DNA from: Azolla caroliniana
Lineage: Eukaryota; Plantae; Polypodiophyta
Assembly (NCBI GenBank): GCA_043228905.1
Contig: JBHGNT010000012.1
Location: 15,314,001 to 15,378,000 of the forward strand
Direction of reading: 5' to 3'
Length of the DNA: 64,000 bases
The position numbers and the translations under genes are program-made. The notes beneath the pieces were generated by a model that was not told where the DNA came from, searched no databases, and saw only the letters and a program-made list of their open reading frames with translations. Positions within the stretch are counted from its first letter, which is position 1. Each line of letters begins with the position of its first letter. This document shows positions 1-10,748 of the stretch, piece after piece.

Positions 1-781
1 TTTTTTGGGTTTAAAGTAAGCGAAACGTAACCGCAACAACATTTCCCAGCAATCATTCCCTAGTTGGAGTCCTCACACCACAAAGTTGGCGGGTAGGGCA
101 TTTGATTGTGAGAGGGGATCAATAAGACCCAATCCTCCCCTCGACTTAGGTGATGTGAGTATAGGCCATGCCACCTTGGCCCGAGTTGCATGATCTTCCT
201 TACCAGACCAAATGTAGTTGCGTGCCAATCGCTGAATCTGGTGTATACTTTCCTTGGAGCTTGTCCAACATGATAGGTTGTACCCTGATGTTGTGAGTAA
301 AACCTAATTTGCCACTATGATGTGCCCCACTAGTGAGAGTTTTTTCGAACTCCAATGTATCAACTTTTGTCGAATGGCGTGAATAATTGGTGCAATCATA
401 GTCTCCGGAGGTATGTTGAACCCAATTTGGAAACCCAAATATTTGGTGCTCGCTCCTTGATTGATCCACTTGAAAGCGGGCTGGGGGTGTCACGTAGGAT
501 GTGCTTCATGAGAAAGCCATATTGCATAGGATTTGTGCCAATTTATCATGGCATTGGATCTCTTGCAAAATATGTCTAAACCACTCTCTAGCTTTTGTAG
601 ATTTTCCAAGTCCCCTTGTAGGTAGACTGCGGTGTCATCTGCAAATTCTATATCCAGGAGGCTTTGGTGAGAATGCGGCACCCTAAGACCACGTAAGTTT
701 AGTTGTCACGAGTTGAGAAAACTAGAGAGTGCTTCAACGTATAATAGAAATAAGGATGGAGCCAGTGGGCATCCTTGCCGT
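1..781 (-). mobile_element. L1-type LINE, 3' part of reverse transcriptase (decayed)
   Basis: Minus strand reads RQGCPLAPSLF (from ~780) and IEFADDTAVYL (ORF 490-681), the non-LTR RT motifs, with in-frame stops. It joins in frame to 7744+ (RSVR|QGCP) once the Gypsy insertion and one CCGT copy are removed. Confidence 0.9.
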
Positions 782-1663
782 TCTCGTAGTGTAATTCACA
801 CACTACGTGAAAAATTACATTTTTTGTCTCTCCGAATAGGGCATGGAGTACCCAGTGAGAACCGGAAGAAGGAACCGGTAAGGACCGAAACCGGTAAGGA
901 GACCCGGCAAAGAGCCGGATAAAGAAGGCCGATGAGAGTCGGTGAGAAACGGACAAAGAGATCAGTAAGGAGGTCCCGGCAAGAACCGGACAAATAAAAC
1001 TAGCAAGCACCGGATAAAGCAGAACCGGAAAGAGCCGGATGAAGAAGGCCGGTGAGAGTCTCTCACCGGATGAAGAGACATATTTGTAAATAGAAGAAAG
1101 TATAAAAATATATATTACATGCATAGGGCAAGATTCGAACCTTGCACCTCCATGTTAATAATGTTAAGCCTTATCATTATACTAGCGTATTATGAATTTT
1201 AAAGTTATACTAAACTTTATCCCATGTAAAATTTCTAGACATGCATGGTACAAAAAGTTATTCATGCATAGACACTCAAGTAAAAAGAAAAGAGGAGATA
1301 GAAAGCTAATCATGCACATGAACTAAAAAATAGGAAAAGCATGATGTTTGCATGTAATAAACTTAGACTCTTCCAACACTATATAAGGAAGAGAGAAAGA
1401 TGTATAGAGGTTGTTGATTATTTTACAAGGGTTGATTAATATAATATAATCGTGGGATCCACGAGTTTGCTAACTATTTTTCTCTCTTAATTTGAGTACT
1501 CACTAATACACTATACTCGTGGGATTCACGAGTTCTTCATATCTTTCTTTCTTACAATATATTTCATATTCTTAATTGCCTTAGAATTTTCTTTCCTCCT
1601 AGTCCAAAACCCCAGCGGTTCCCACCCGACTCACGCAACGATCCAGAGCCGTAAGGCACGACA
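782..1663 (+). repeat. 5' LTR of G1
   Basis: Near-identical to 6846-7739; ends acgaca; TATA-like tatataagg at ~1380; CCGG-rich U3. Confidence 0.92.
1126..1190 (-). promoter_or_regulatory. tRNA-like Pol III type-2 module (A box + B box) in G1 LTR; second copy ~7190-7250
   Basis: Minus strand: A box TAGTATAATGA (1184-1174), B box GGTTCGAATCT (1141-1131), T5 run at 1108-1104. Confidence 0.6.
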
Positions 1664-1667
1664 CAAG

Positions 1668-1684
1668 TGGTGAACCTGACGTGA
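1668..1684 (+). promoter_or_regulatory. Primer binding site, tRNA-Trp
   Basis: tggtgaacctgacgtga matches 16/17 the complement of the plant tRNA-Trp 3' end (recalled TCACGTCGGGTTCACCA); 4 nt after the LTR. Confidence 0.8.
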
Positions 1685-1701
1685 ACACGGGTGGCAAGGA
1701 G

Positions 1702-3257
1702 ATGGAAAATCAACCGGAGGCTAACAACATGATGATGATGTTCGAGTGGATGCTTCAGGAACAACATGCGATGTCGGAGATAGCGGCGGTAGTAGAGAGG
1801 CTCGTGCAATGGATCGGGCAATTCAATGGAAAGGACGTATCATGCTATCTTCGGGACTACAAGGTGGAAATGCTACGGTGCAGGATTTCGGAAGGACTGC
1901 AAGTGGCATCCTTCAACCGGGTGGCTACCGACGGGCTTCAAGCAAGTATCCACGGGCTACGACAACAAAATCCGACGTGGGAAGCGTTTGAAGAGGTGCT
2001 AAAGACCACGCTCGCTATCGAGGACTCCTCCAAGGCAACGCAGAGAGGATTTGAGGATTGGGTAGAAACGCCGGACAAGGGGATGAAGGTCCTCGATGTG
2101 TTTTCGGCATTCGAAAGTCGGTTTGGGAGGTTGTCTGCAAGAGATCAAGCTATCCTCGCACCAGACAAAGTTATCATGTTCTTATGAGCCGTAGACGTCT
2201 GGGACCGGAAGGATCTTGGAGTGCTTCTAGAGGACACGAATACCGATAGTGGCCTCACTGAAACATGGGAAAGCGTGCGGGATATCGTCGCGCGATACAC
2301 AAAGAGGGGGCAATGGCTTGCCAACGAAGAAAAGAGGGTTTCGAAACCGATTCCGAAACCGAGATCCGGATCGGAAGACCATCAACCGCGGGCTCGGGAA
2401 GCTACGACTGAGAAGGGAATCGACGCAACTACGGTGGAGCAGTTGCTGAAGGAGATGGAGAATCTAAAAATCGCGATGGTGAAGAAGTCGGATGACCGTC
2501 CCACAAGTTCCAAGTATATGGACCGTCGATGCATATGGTGCGATAGCACCGAACATGATCGGAGGGATTGCGATGAGCACAAGGAAGCGCTACGACAAGA
2601 TCTTATCTACCACGAGGGAAATCGGATTCATTCGATGGACTCTCGGAAGCCGCTCCGACCGAACTTCCAAAAAGGCGGCATGAAGAAGGTCCTAGAGGAG
2701 GAAATAGCGGCGAAGAACAATTACGCGACAACCGCAGGAATACGTGTCGGGGAGTCATCGGGAGCAAAGGTGTCTTTTTGGCCGGAAGTGCAAGAAAACA
2801 CCGAGAAAACCGACTCTAACGAGATCCGAAGCACCGCGGAAGGCATCCGGGAAGCTACGGGATGGGAGTACCCCGTCGATAAGAATAGCGTGTTTGCTTT
2901 ATGCCAATTGCATGAAGTGTATGTAGATGAGAAGCGACGGCGCGTGGGTGGAAGATCAGGGCGGCCACTAAAGCAACGGAAGATCTATTTGCGGCTTGTC
3001 TGGATGTGACGGTGAAGATCGGGGATGTCGAGATTGACCAAAATTTCTTCGTACAAGACGAGGTCTCACACTCCGTGATCCTCGGGCAACCTTTTATTAC
3101 GGCATCACGGATGGAGACGAAGGTGCTCGATAGCGGTGCGGCTTTTGCGCGAATTCGGAGCCAAAACGGAGGGAAATCCGTCCAATTCCTAACAGTGCCG
3201 GCAAATCATGAAAGGAACAAGAGAGAGCTCTTGTCCCAAACAAGAATGGATTTTTAG
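1702..3257 (+). pseudogene. gag: G1 gag-protease (stop at 2185-2187; protease N-terminal half deleted)
   Basis: Zinc knuckle CIWCDSTEHDRRDC; protease C-half (...QNFFVQ...VILGQPF) without the catalytic Asp motif; frame break near 2945. Confidence 0.8.
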
Positions 3258-6200
3258 AGCGGACTGTTGCGAAGTGGGGAAGTGATATTCCAAGAAGCCC
3301 TGATACCCCACACAGGAAGAAACCTCTCGGTGCAAAACAAGTACGAATCGGTCCGGATGGGGCATCCACGTACATGGCCGTAACCGGAGGAATGAAGAAA
3401 GAATACTGAAAAGTGGAGGATAAGTTACGGTCGGCATCAATAATAAAAGAAGACGAAGAAATCATGGGAATAGTCGAAGAGGTGTTCTATGGGAGCACAC
3501 TAAAACGGCTTGAAGAGCTCGCGGAAGATACAAGCCAGGGAAACCGGGTAATTCCGATGGAGTCGGTCGAGATGTACAAGATCATTGTGAAAATGGGGCC
3601 GGATGCGCTCCGCAAAGAAGAAGCAATGGTAAGTACAAAATACAAGACCGTGGAGAAGAAAGCGAAACTGGCCGCGGGACCGTTACCCGCAGATAGCGAA
3701 CAAAAGAGGAAAGAAGTCTCGGGGGATCCGACACTTCGGAAGTCCATGGATATCGGACATGCCTTCACGGATGAGACCCGGAAGAAACTTCGAATCGGTG
3801 GAGGTGGGTTCCTATTAAAGAATGAAGAAGAACGATTCCGTGGGATGCTAGAGCAACATGGGAGAGCATTTGCATTTACATCGAAAGAAATAGGATGCGC
3901 TGACCCGAAGCTAGTGGAGCCGATGGTGATCTTCACGATTGACCATGTGCCGTGGAACCTGAAGCCGATTCCGGTGCCACGGGCGCATATTCCAAAAATC
4001 ATCGACTTGCTCAAGGAGAAGGTGGCGATGGGGATTCTAGAGCCATCAAATGCTCCGTACTCAAATCGATGGTTTACGGTTCTGAAGAAGAATGGGTCAC
4101 TCCAATTTATTCAAGACTTACAACTGGTGAACAAGGTCACGATCTGGAATTCCGGAGTCGGTCCGATAGTGGACGAATTTGCGGAAGCATTTTCCGGTCG
4201 TGCGATATACTCCATCGGAGACCTATACTCCGGATATGACCAATTCCAACTAGCCGTGGAGAGCCGAGACATCACTACCATGTGGACACCGATAGGATTA
4301 GTCCGGATGTGTATGCTACCACAAGGCGCGACGAACTCAATCGCACATATGATGAATGCGATGAACAAGGTGCCTCGGGATTGCACACCGGAGATAACGA
4401 TGCCGTTCCTAGATGACATTCCGATGAAAGGGTGTGCGGTGGAAGAAAAAGATGAAGCTATGGATGAACGGGGATGCCGAAGGTTTGTAGTCAACCATAT
4501 CCGTGATTGTGAGAAAGTGTTACGGAAGTTAGAAGATGTGCATCTAAGACTTTCCGGAGAGAAATCGGCATTCGGACAAGAAGAAATATTGGTAGTCGGA
4601 CATCTATGTGGGCCCTACGGCTGAAGACCATCACCAACCAAGATCGATGCGATTCAAGCTATGAAAGAAGTATGCAAGTCACAATCCGAAGTCCGAAGGT
4701 TTCTTGGAGCATGTGCATTCTACCACATATGGATTCCGCACTATGCACATATAGCGGACCCACTCTATCACTTGTTGTGGAAGGGTAAGAAGTTTGAATG
4801 GAAACCGGAGCATACCAAAGCCATGAAGAAGCTCAAGAAATCACTACAGAGGGTAGAAGCACTAAAGAAGCCGAACTATGACCAACCGATCATAGTAACG
4901 GTTGACACAAGTCCAACCGGAATCGGATGGGTCATCAATCAAGCCGATCCGGAAGGTTCGCGATATTCGATCCGATTTGGAGCAAAGGTTCTCAACGAAA
5001 GGCAACACGGATATGCACAAGTTAAAAGAGAATTATGGGGAGTCGTGTCGGCAATCAAATTGGATCGAGATTATTTGATCGGAGCCGAAGTAGTGATCGA
5101 AACGGATTGTCTTCCGATACTCGGGATGATGCGGTGTTGCACGATATCGGATGTGGCTATGCTAAGATGGATTGCATATGTTAAGTCACTTAATCCAGAG
5201 GTAAGACACATCTCTAGAAAAGACAACGCTGTAGCGGATATGCTATCAAGGGCGCGGTTCGGAGATGACATAACCGAATCCGATAATGAAGAAGTTTCCG
5301 AAGACTACTTTGCTTCGGAGCACATATGCCGGGTGGACGTAATCCAAGAATTCCGGGAAGAAGAATACGAGGGAGAAAGCTTGTTGATCGGGAAAATGCT
5401 ACGAGAAATCGAGGAATCATCGGACAATAAAGAGAAGAGAGTCGAGATCCGAAGTAAGAAACGACAAGTCTGAAAGTTCTTCTTGAAAAATGGATTTTTA
5501 TGGAGGGAGCCGAAAAGACCGGGTGGCATACCACTTCGAGTAGTCGGGACAAAAGAGCAACGAAACTAGGTAATGTCCAAATTTCACGAATCTGATTGGG
5601 TTGGACATCGGGAACATGGGCAACATTTGGGAAGATCAAGCAAAGATATTGGTGGAAAAATATGTACAAAGATGTCGCGGAGTTCACGGAAAGCTGCGAG
5701 AAGTGTCAAATCTACTCCGGAGTTCGACACCGAGATGAGTTACATCTGACATTCTCACCGACAATCAACTTCAAATGGATGGTCAACATTGTAGCCATGC
5801 CAACCGGGATCGGACAAAAGAAGTACTTGGTGTTAGCTCGGGAATATCTCACAAACCAAGTAGAAGGTCGGGCGCTACGGAGGAAAACGTGTTCTACGGT
5901 ATGCCAATTCCTTTTGGAAGAAGTGTTTTGCAGGTACGGGTGTGTAGGACAAGTGATTGTGGATCGGGGAGAACTCGACTCTGATAAAGCTAAGGAATTC
6001 TTCACTAAACATGGAGTTCGGTTAACACTGACAACGACATACAATCCGGAAGCCAACGGGAAGATCGAACGAGGACATAGTCCGATTGTCAAAGCACTTG
6101 CGAAGGCATGCGATGGAAGGGTGAAGGATTGGCCGCAGATGCTTCCGTATGCACTATGGGCGAATCGAACGACGCATAGCTCCGTAACCGGTTACATGCC

Positions 6201-6729
6201 GGCAGAACTTATGACCGGACAAGCACCGGTAATGTCGACGGAAACCGCAATCGCGACATGGACAATGCTACCATGGAAGGAAGAGATGAGCCGAGAAGAA
6301 CTACTAGCAGTCTGGATACGACAACTGGAGGGAAGACCGGAAGACATAGCGGAAGCAATACGCCGACAACAAGAAGTGCAATTCCGGAATAAAAGTCGGT
6401 TCAACACAAAGCACCGACTACGACCGCGGAAGATTGAAGAAAGAGATTGGGTGATTGTCTACGATAGTAGTTTGGATCATCAACATACAATGATGCGGAA
6501 GTTCACGAAAAGGTGGTTCGGGCCATACGAGGTTCGGAAAGTTTTCGACAACGGAACTTACCGACTATGCGAGTTGGATGGAACAATGCTACGAGTGCCT
6601 ATAGCCGGGAAATGGGTGAAGATTTTCAAGAAGCAGACTGATGAAGAACCCTATGTGATCCTAGACAAGACCAACAAGAAGGAGCAATCGGACGAGGATC
6701 ACGGTGATGCGGAAAGCGAAGAAAGTTGA
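3248..6729 (+). pseudogene. pol: G1 pol: RT, RNase H, integrase (several stops/frameshift)
   Basis: APYSNRWF, DLYSGYDQ, LPQGATNS, FLDD; VDTSPTGIGW...KRELWG; DRGE...YNPEANGKIER...WFGPY. Confidence 0.9.
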
Positions 6730-6845
6730 TTAGAACTCATAGTCGACTTAAGGGGAGAATCGGAGGAAGCTTCGGATAAAGGTGAATAGCAAGCATTGGG
6801 GACTTCGGCACATACCGGAGGATGTGCGGGTTAGGAGGGGGCGAG

Positions 6846-7739
6846 TGTTGTAGTGTGATTCACACACTATGTGAAAAATTACATTTTTTGTCTCTCCGAA
6901 TAGGGCATGGAGTACCCAGTGAGAACCGGAAGAAGGAACCGGTAAGGACCGAAACCGGTAAGGAGACCCGGCAAAGAGCCGGATAAAGAAGGCAGGTGAG
7001 AGTCGGTGAGAAACGGACAAAGAGATCAGTAAGGAGATCCCGGCAAGAACCGGACAAATAAAACTAGCAAGCACCGGATGAAGCAGAACTGGAAAGAGCC
7101 GGATGAAGAAGGCCGGTGAGAGTCTCTCACCGGATGAAGAGACATATTTGTAAATAGAAGAAAGTATAAAAATATATATTACATGCATAGGGCAAGATTC
7201 GAACCTTGCACCTCCATGTTAATAATGTTAAGCCTTATCATTATACTAGCATATTATGAATTTTAAAGTTATACTAAACTTTATCCCATGTAAAATTTCT
7301 AGACATGCATGGTACAAAAGTTATTCATGCATAGACACTCAAGTAAAAAGAAAAGAGGAGATAGAAAGCTAATCATGCACATGCAGTGTGCATGAAAACT
7401 AAAAAATAGGAAAAGCATGATGCTTGCATTTAATAAACTTAGACTCTTCCAACAATATATAAGGAAGAGAGAAAGATGTATAGAGGTTGTTGATTATTTT
7501 ACAAGGGTTGATTAATATAATATAATCGTGGGATCCACGAGTTTGCTAACTATTTTTCTCTCTTAATTTGAGTACTCACTAATACACTATACTCGTGGGA
7601 TTCACGAGTTTTTCATATCTTTCTTTCTTACAATATATTTCATATTCTTAATTGCCTTAGAATTTTCTTTCCTCCTAGTCCAAAACCCCAACGGTTCCCA
7701 CCCGACTCACGCAACGATCCAGAGCCGTAAGGCAGGACA
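6846..7739 (+). repeat. 3' LTR of G1
   Basis: tgttgtag...ggaca; preceded by PPT, followed by TSD CCGT. Confidence 0.92.
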
Positions 7740-9050
7740 CCGTACAGACCGTGATATTCAAAAGAAGGGGCCCCTTTCACCTGCTAATGAAACACAACTA
7801 CTGGCGTTCCTATAAAGTCATGCAATGCCTTGGATCCATGACTCTTGAAAACCGAGTTTCCCCATCACACTTTCTAGAAAGTTCCAGCATACCCTGTCAT
7901 ATGCTTTCTCAAAATCTAGGAGCACCACAACTACCTTGTTGTTGGTACGCTTGGCAAGGGCTACTACTTCCCAAAATGAGAAAAGGTTGTCTAGGATGCT
8001 CCGATTTCTAATGAAACCTGTCTGGGATAGATGAATGAGTTGAGGGAGAAGTGGTGCTAAGCGGCATGCCACGGTTTTTGCAAGCAACTTATAGACAGTA
8101 TTGAGAAGAGTTATGGGCCGCCACTTACTAATGTCGTTGGCACTCCCACCACTTTTAAGAATGAGATGTATCATCCCCTGTCCAAATTCCTCTAGCATGT
8201 TTCTAGAGGTGATGAACTCCTCATATGCTTGGAGGATGTCTTCTTTAATAGTGTCCCAAAGGCATGTGAAAAAGTGGGGAGTGAGGCCATCGCTACCGAG
8301 GCAACTATCTGCATCCAAATCGGAGAGGGCTTCCCATATCTCGATGTTTGATAAGGGATGCACGAGCCATGTATTCATTTCCGTCGTCACTTTCTCGGGT
8401 ATGCTCTGGAGGATAATATCTTCTCGTGTATCTTCCCCTATGGCCATATTATCTTCAGTAAGTAGTCGGTTGTAGTAACTTGTGGCAATATTCCTCATTT
8501 CGTCGCCATTCTCAGTGGTCGTTCCATCCTCTCGGGTGAGGCTACACATCATTGTTCTAGCATGCCTTAGTCCCTTGGATCGGAAGAATTCCTTCCTGGA
8601 TTTGTCCCCTACTCGAATCCATTGACCCATGCTTCCATGAAACTCCATGTCATAGATTGTCTTTTCCGCCATGATGAGTTCATGTTTGGCCATGACAACC
8701 TGTCCTGCGATCCAACTATATGTCGGGTATCTCTGTTGGAGTCGTTGTAAGGGTATTAGTCCATGTTTGTCCTATGTCGCTTTTCCTGAGCATCCTTGCT
8801 TGTGGTCTTGACAATCTTGTGTAGTAGAGTTGAAGCTCTTGTTAATTTAGCCAGAAGTTTGTTAGATGCTAATGAGGCATTGACAAGTAATGACCATTGG
8901 TTGCCAAGTTGTTCCTTCACCTCTGTGATTGTGTAGATAGTGTGCGGGATTCAAGGTTGAAATGGCCCCACTTTCAGTGTAATTGAAAGTGACCAATTAC
9001 TTGGTAATGGTCGAAGAAAGTCGTGCCTGGAGTTATGCGACACCACCCTC
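7740..9050 (-). mobile_element. L1-type LINE, RT N-terminal part (same element as 1-781)
   Basis: ORF 7818-8693: KWRPITLLNTVYKLLAK...QTGFIRNRSILDN...LDFEKAYDRVCW. 5' boundary approximate. Confidence 0.88.
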
Positions 9051-9735
9051 CCTTTGCTTCTAGGGCCTCGCCTACATAAATGCGGAATTTACTGGAGTTT
9101 TAAAGTTTTCAAACCAAATCATCAATAATTTGTAGGTGGTAAGTTGGTAACCTCAATTCCCTCCCATTTTTGCTTGAGAACATTGTCATCCATGACTAGT
9201 TAGTATCATATTCTCGTGAGTAATGGAGCAAAAGAAAACCTACCCAAAATCGAGGAAGGATATTACTCTTATTCTTTAATCATGCAATTAAGATATATAT
9301 ATGTTTTATGGAGAATACAATATATATGCAACAAGATCAAATAAAATAATTTGCATGCGAGGACATGGATAAATAAACGATGATAGGTTATTGAGGACAA
9401 TGTATTAAGCAAAATATGGAATCATTATAAAATGATAGATAACTTGATAAACTATATAAATCAATCGATAATAAAACTAATTTCATAGATTCCTAAACTT
9501 GCATGCCATAATGGTAGAGCCATATCATATTGTGGTGTCCCTTGGATGCAAGTGCATGCCTTCATGTTGGGTGTGCATGTGTTCCTTTGTGCCCCTTTTA
9601 GCATACCCTTGTTAGGACGCATGTAGCTAAGTAGAGCCAACCCAAATGGGTACCTTTGTACGACTATAAATTGAATAGGAAGTAAGAAGCTAAGCAAGCT
9701 GGTTTTGGATTCCATTTATGTGCATTTCACATAAT

Positions 9736-9753
9736 TGGTGGAGAAGTGGGGTA
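9736..9753 (+). promoter_or_regulatory. Primer binding site, probably tRNA-Ala
   Basis: tggtggagaagtggggta vs recalled complement of plant tRNA-Ala 3' end tggtggagatgcggggta (16/18). Confidence 0.6.
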
Positions 9754-9935
9754 AAATTTTAGCCACTATCACCTCGTTCATGGCGTCCCAATTCCCTCCC
9801 GTCGCCATCGAAGTCGATACCCCTATGCAAGCTGAGTTCCTGCAACCTCCTGAGCGGCCACCCCCCTTCCAAATGGAGCAACTCCTGCAACTCCTCTCCA
9901 ACGCCATGCTTTAAATCAGCCACACGAACCAAGCT

Positions 9936-10748
9936 ATGCTCTCCTTCCTCTCCGCTACCAACGATCGGTCTTTAGATCGGTCCGATTCCAAGGTTCGCCC
10001 AAAGTTCTTCTCCGGCTTGCCCTCTAAGGACGTCTTAGCATGGTTGGATCACTTTGAGATGATCTCAAGTTACCACAAATGGTCTGACGAGCGCAAGGCT
10101 TTGGGAGCTCGCACCTTGCTCGAAAATGTCGCCGCCACTTGGTACGTACAACAAGCCAACGAACTGACGGAGAACTGGGTGATCCTCCGGGATCTCCTCG
10201 TGCAAAACTTCGCCCATCAAAATTCGGCCTAGACGGCATTGCAACAACTCAAGACGTTGCAACAACAAGCGCACGAACCAGTAGGCCAATTTGGTGTTTG
10301 CCTAAATCAGCTCCTCGTCCAGGCCGATCCAACCATGCCCGAGCATGTCAAGCTTTTCTTCTTATGGCCCCGTCTACGCCCTGACATCACTCGTCGTGCC
10401 CGGGACCAAGGTCCCAAGACCTTCAACGATGCGATCCTCATTGCCCAACGCATCGAAGCTTGTACGCTATCTGATTCCCAACCAAGATGGCCCCCTCCAC
10501 CATCGACCGACTTGCGCGCGCAGTACCAAGGAGCAACCCCCATGGACATTGACGTCCAAAACGTGCTGATGCAGACTCGCCGAAACCTTCCTAATCGCGA
10601 TGCCCAAGGACGCATGAAGTGTTTCTACTGCCACAATTATGGACACATCTGACGTTATTGCCGGAAATTGCAGCAACAATCTCACAAGCAACAAGCCCAG
10701 ATAACCATGGCTGACGCCGCATCATTGGCTGAGCTTCCGGGAAACTAA
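9936..10748 (+). pseudogene. gag: G2 gag (premature stops at 10230 and 10650; true start may be further upstream)
   Basis: One frame through ORFs 9936-10232 and 10239-10652, continuing to TAA at 10746-10748; CCHC knuckle CFYCHNYGHI*RYC. Confidence 0.8.

Larger units (their letters stand above)
782..7739 (+). mobile_element. Ty3/Gypsy LTR retrotransposon G1, non-chromovirus (Phygy/Selgy-like by recalled motifs), full length but decayed
   Basis: LTRs 782-1663 and 6846-7739; TSD CCGT (778-781, 7740-7743); PBS near 1668; PPT aggagggggcgag just before 6846; order gag(CCHC)-PR-RT(FLDD)-RH-INT(GPY); no chromodomain. Confidence 0.93.

Noticed and set aside
699-1124. Antisense ORFs repeated in LTRs (also 6748-7188, 9461-9715, 20103-20553, 41936-42605)
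   Set aside because: They recur only because LTRs are duplicated or repetitive, and show no protein motifs.
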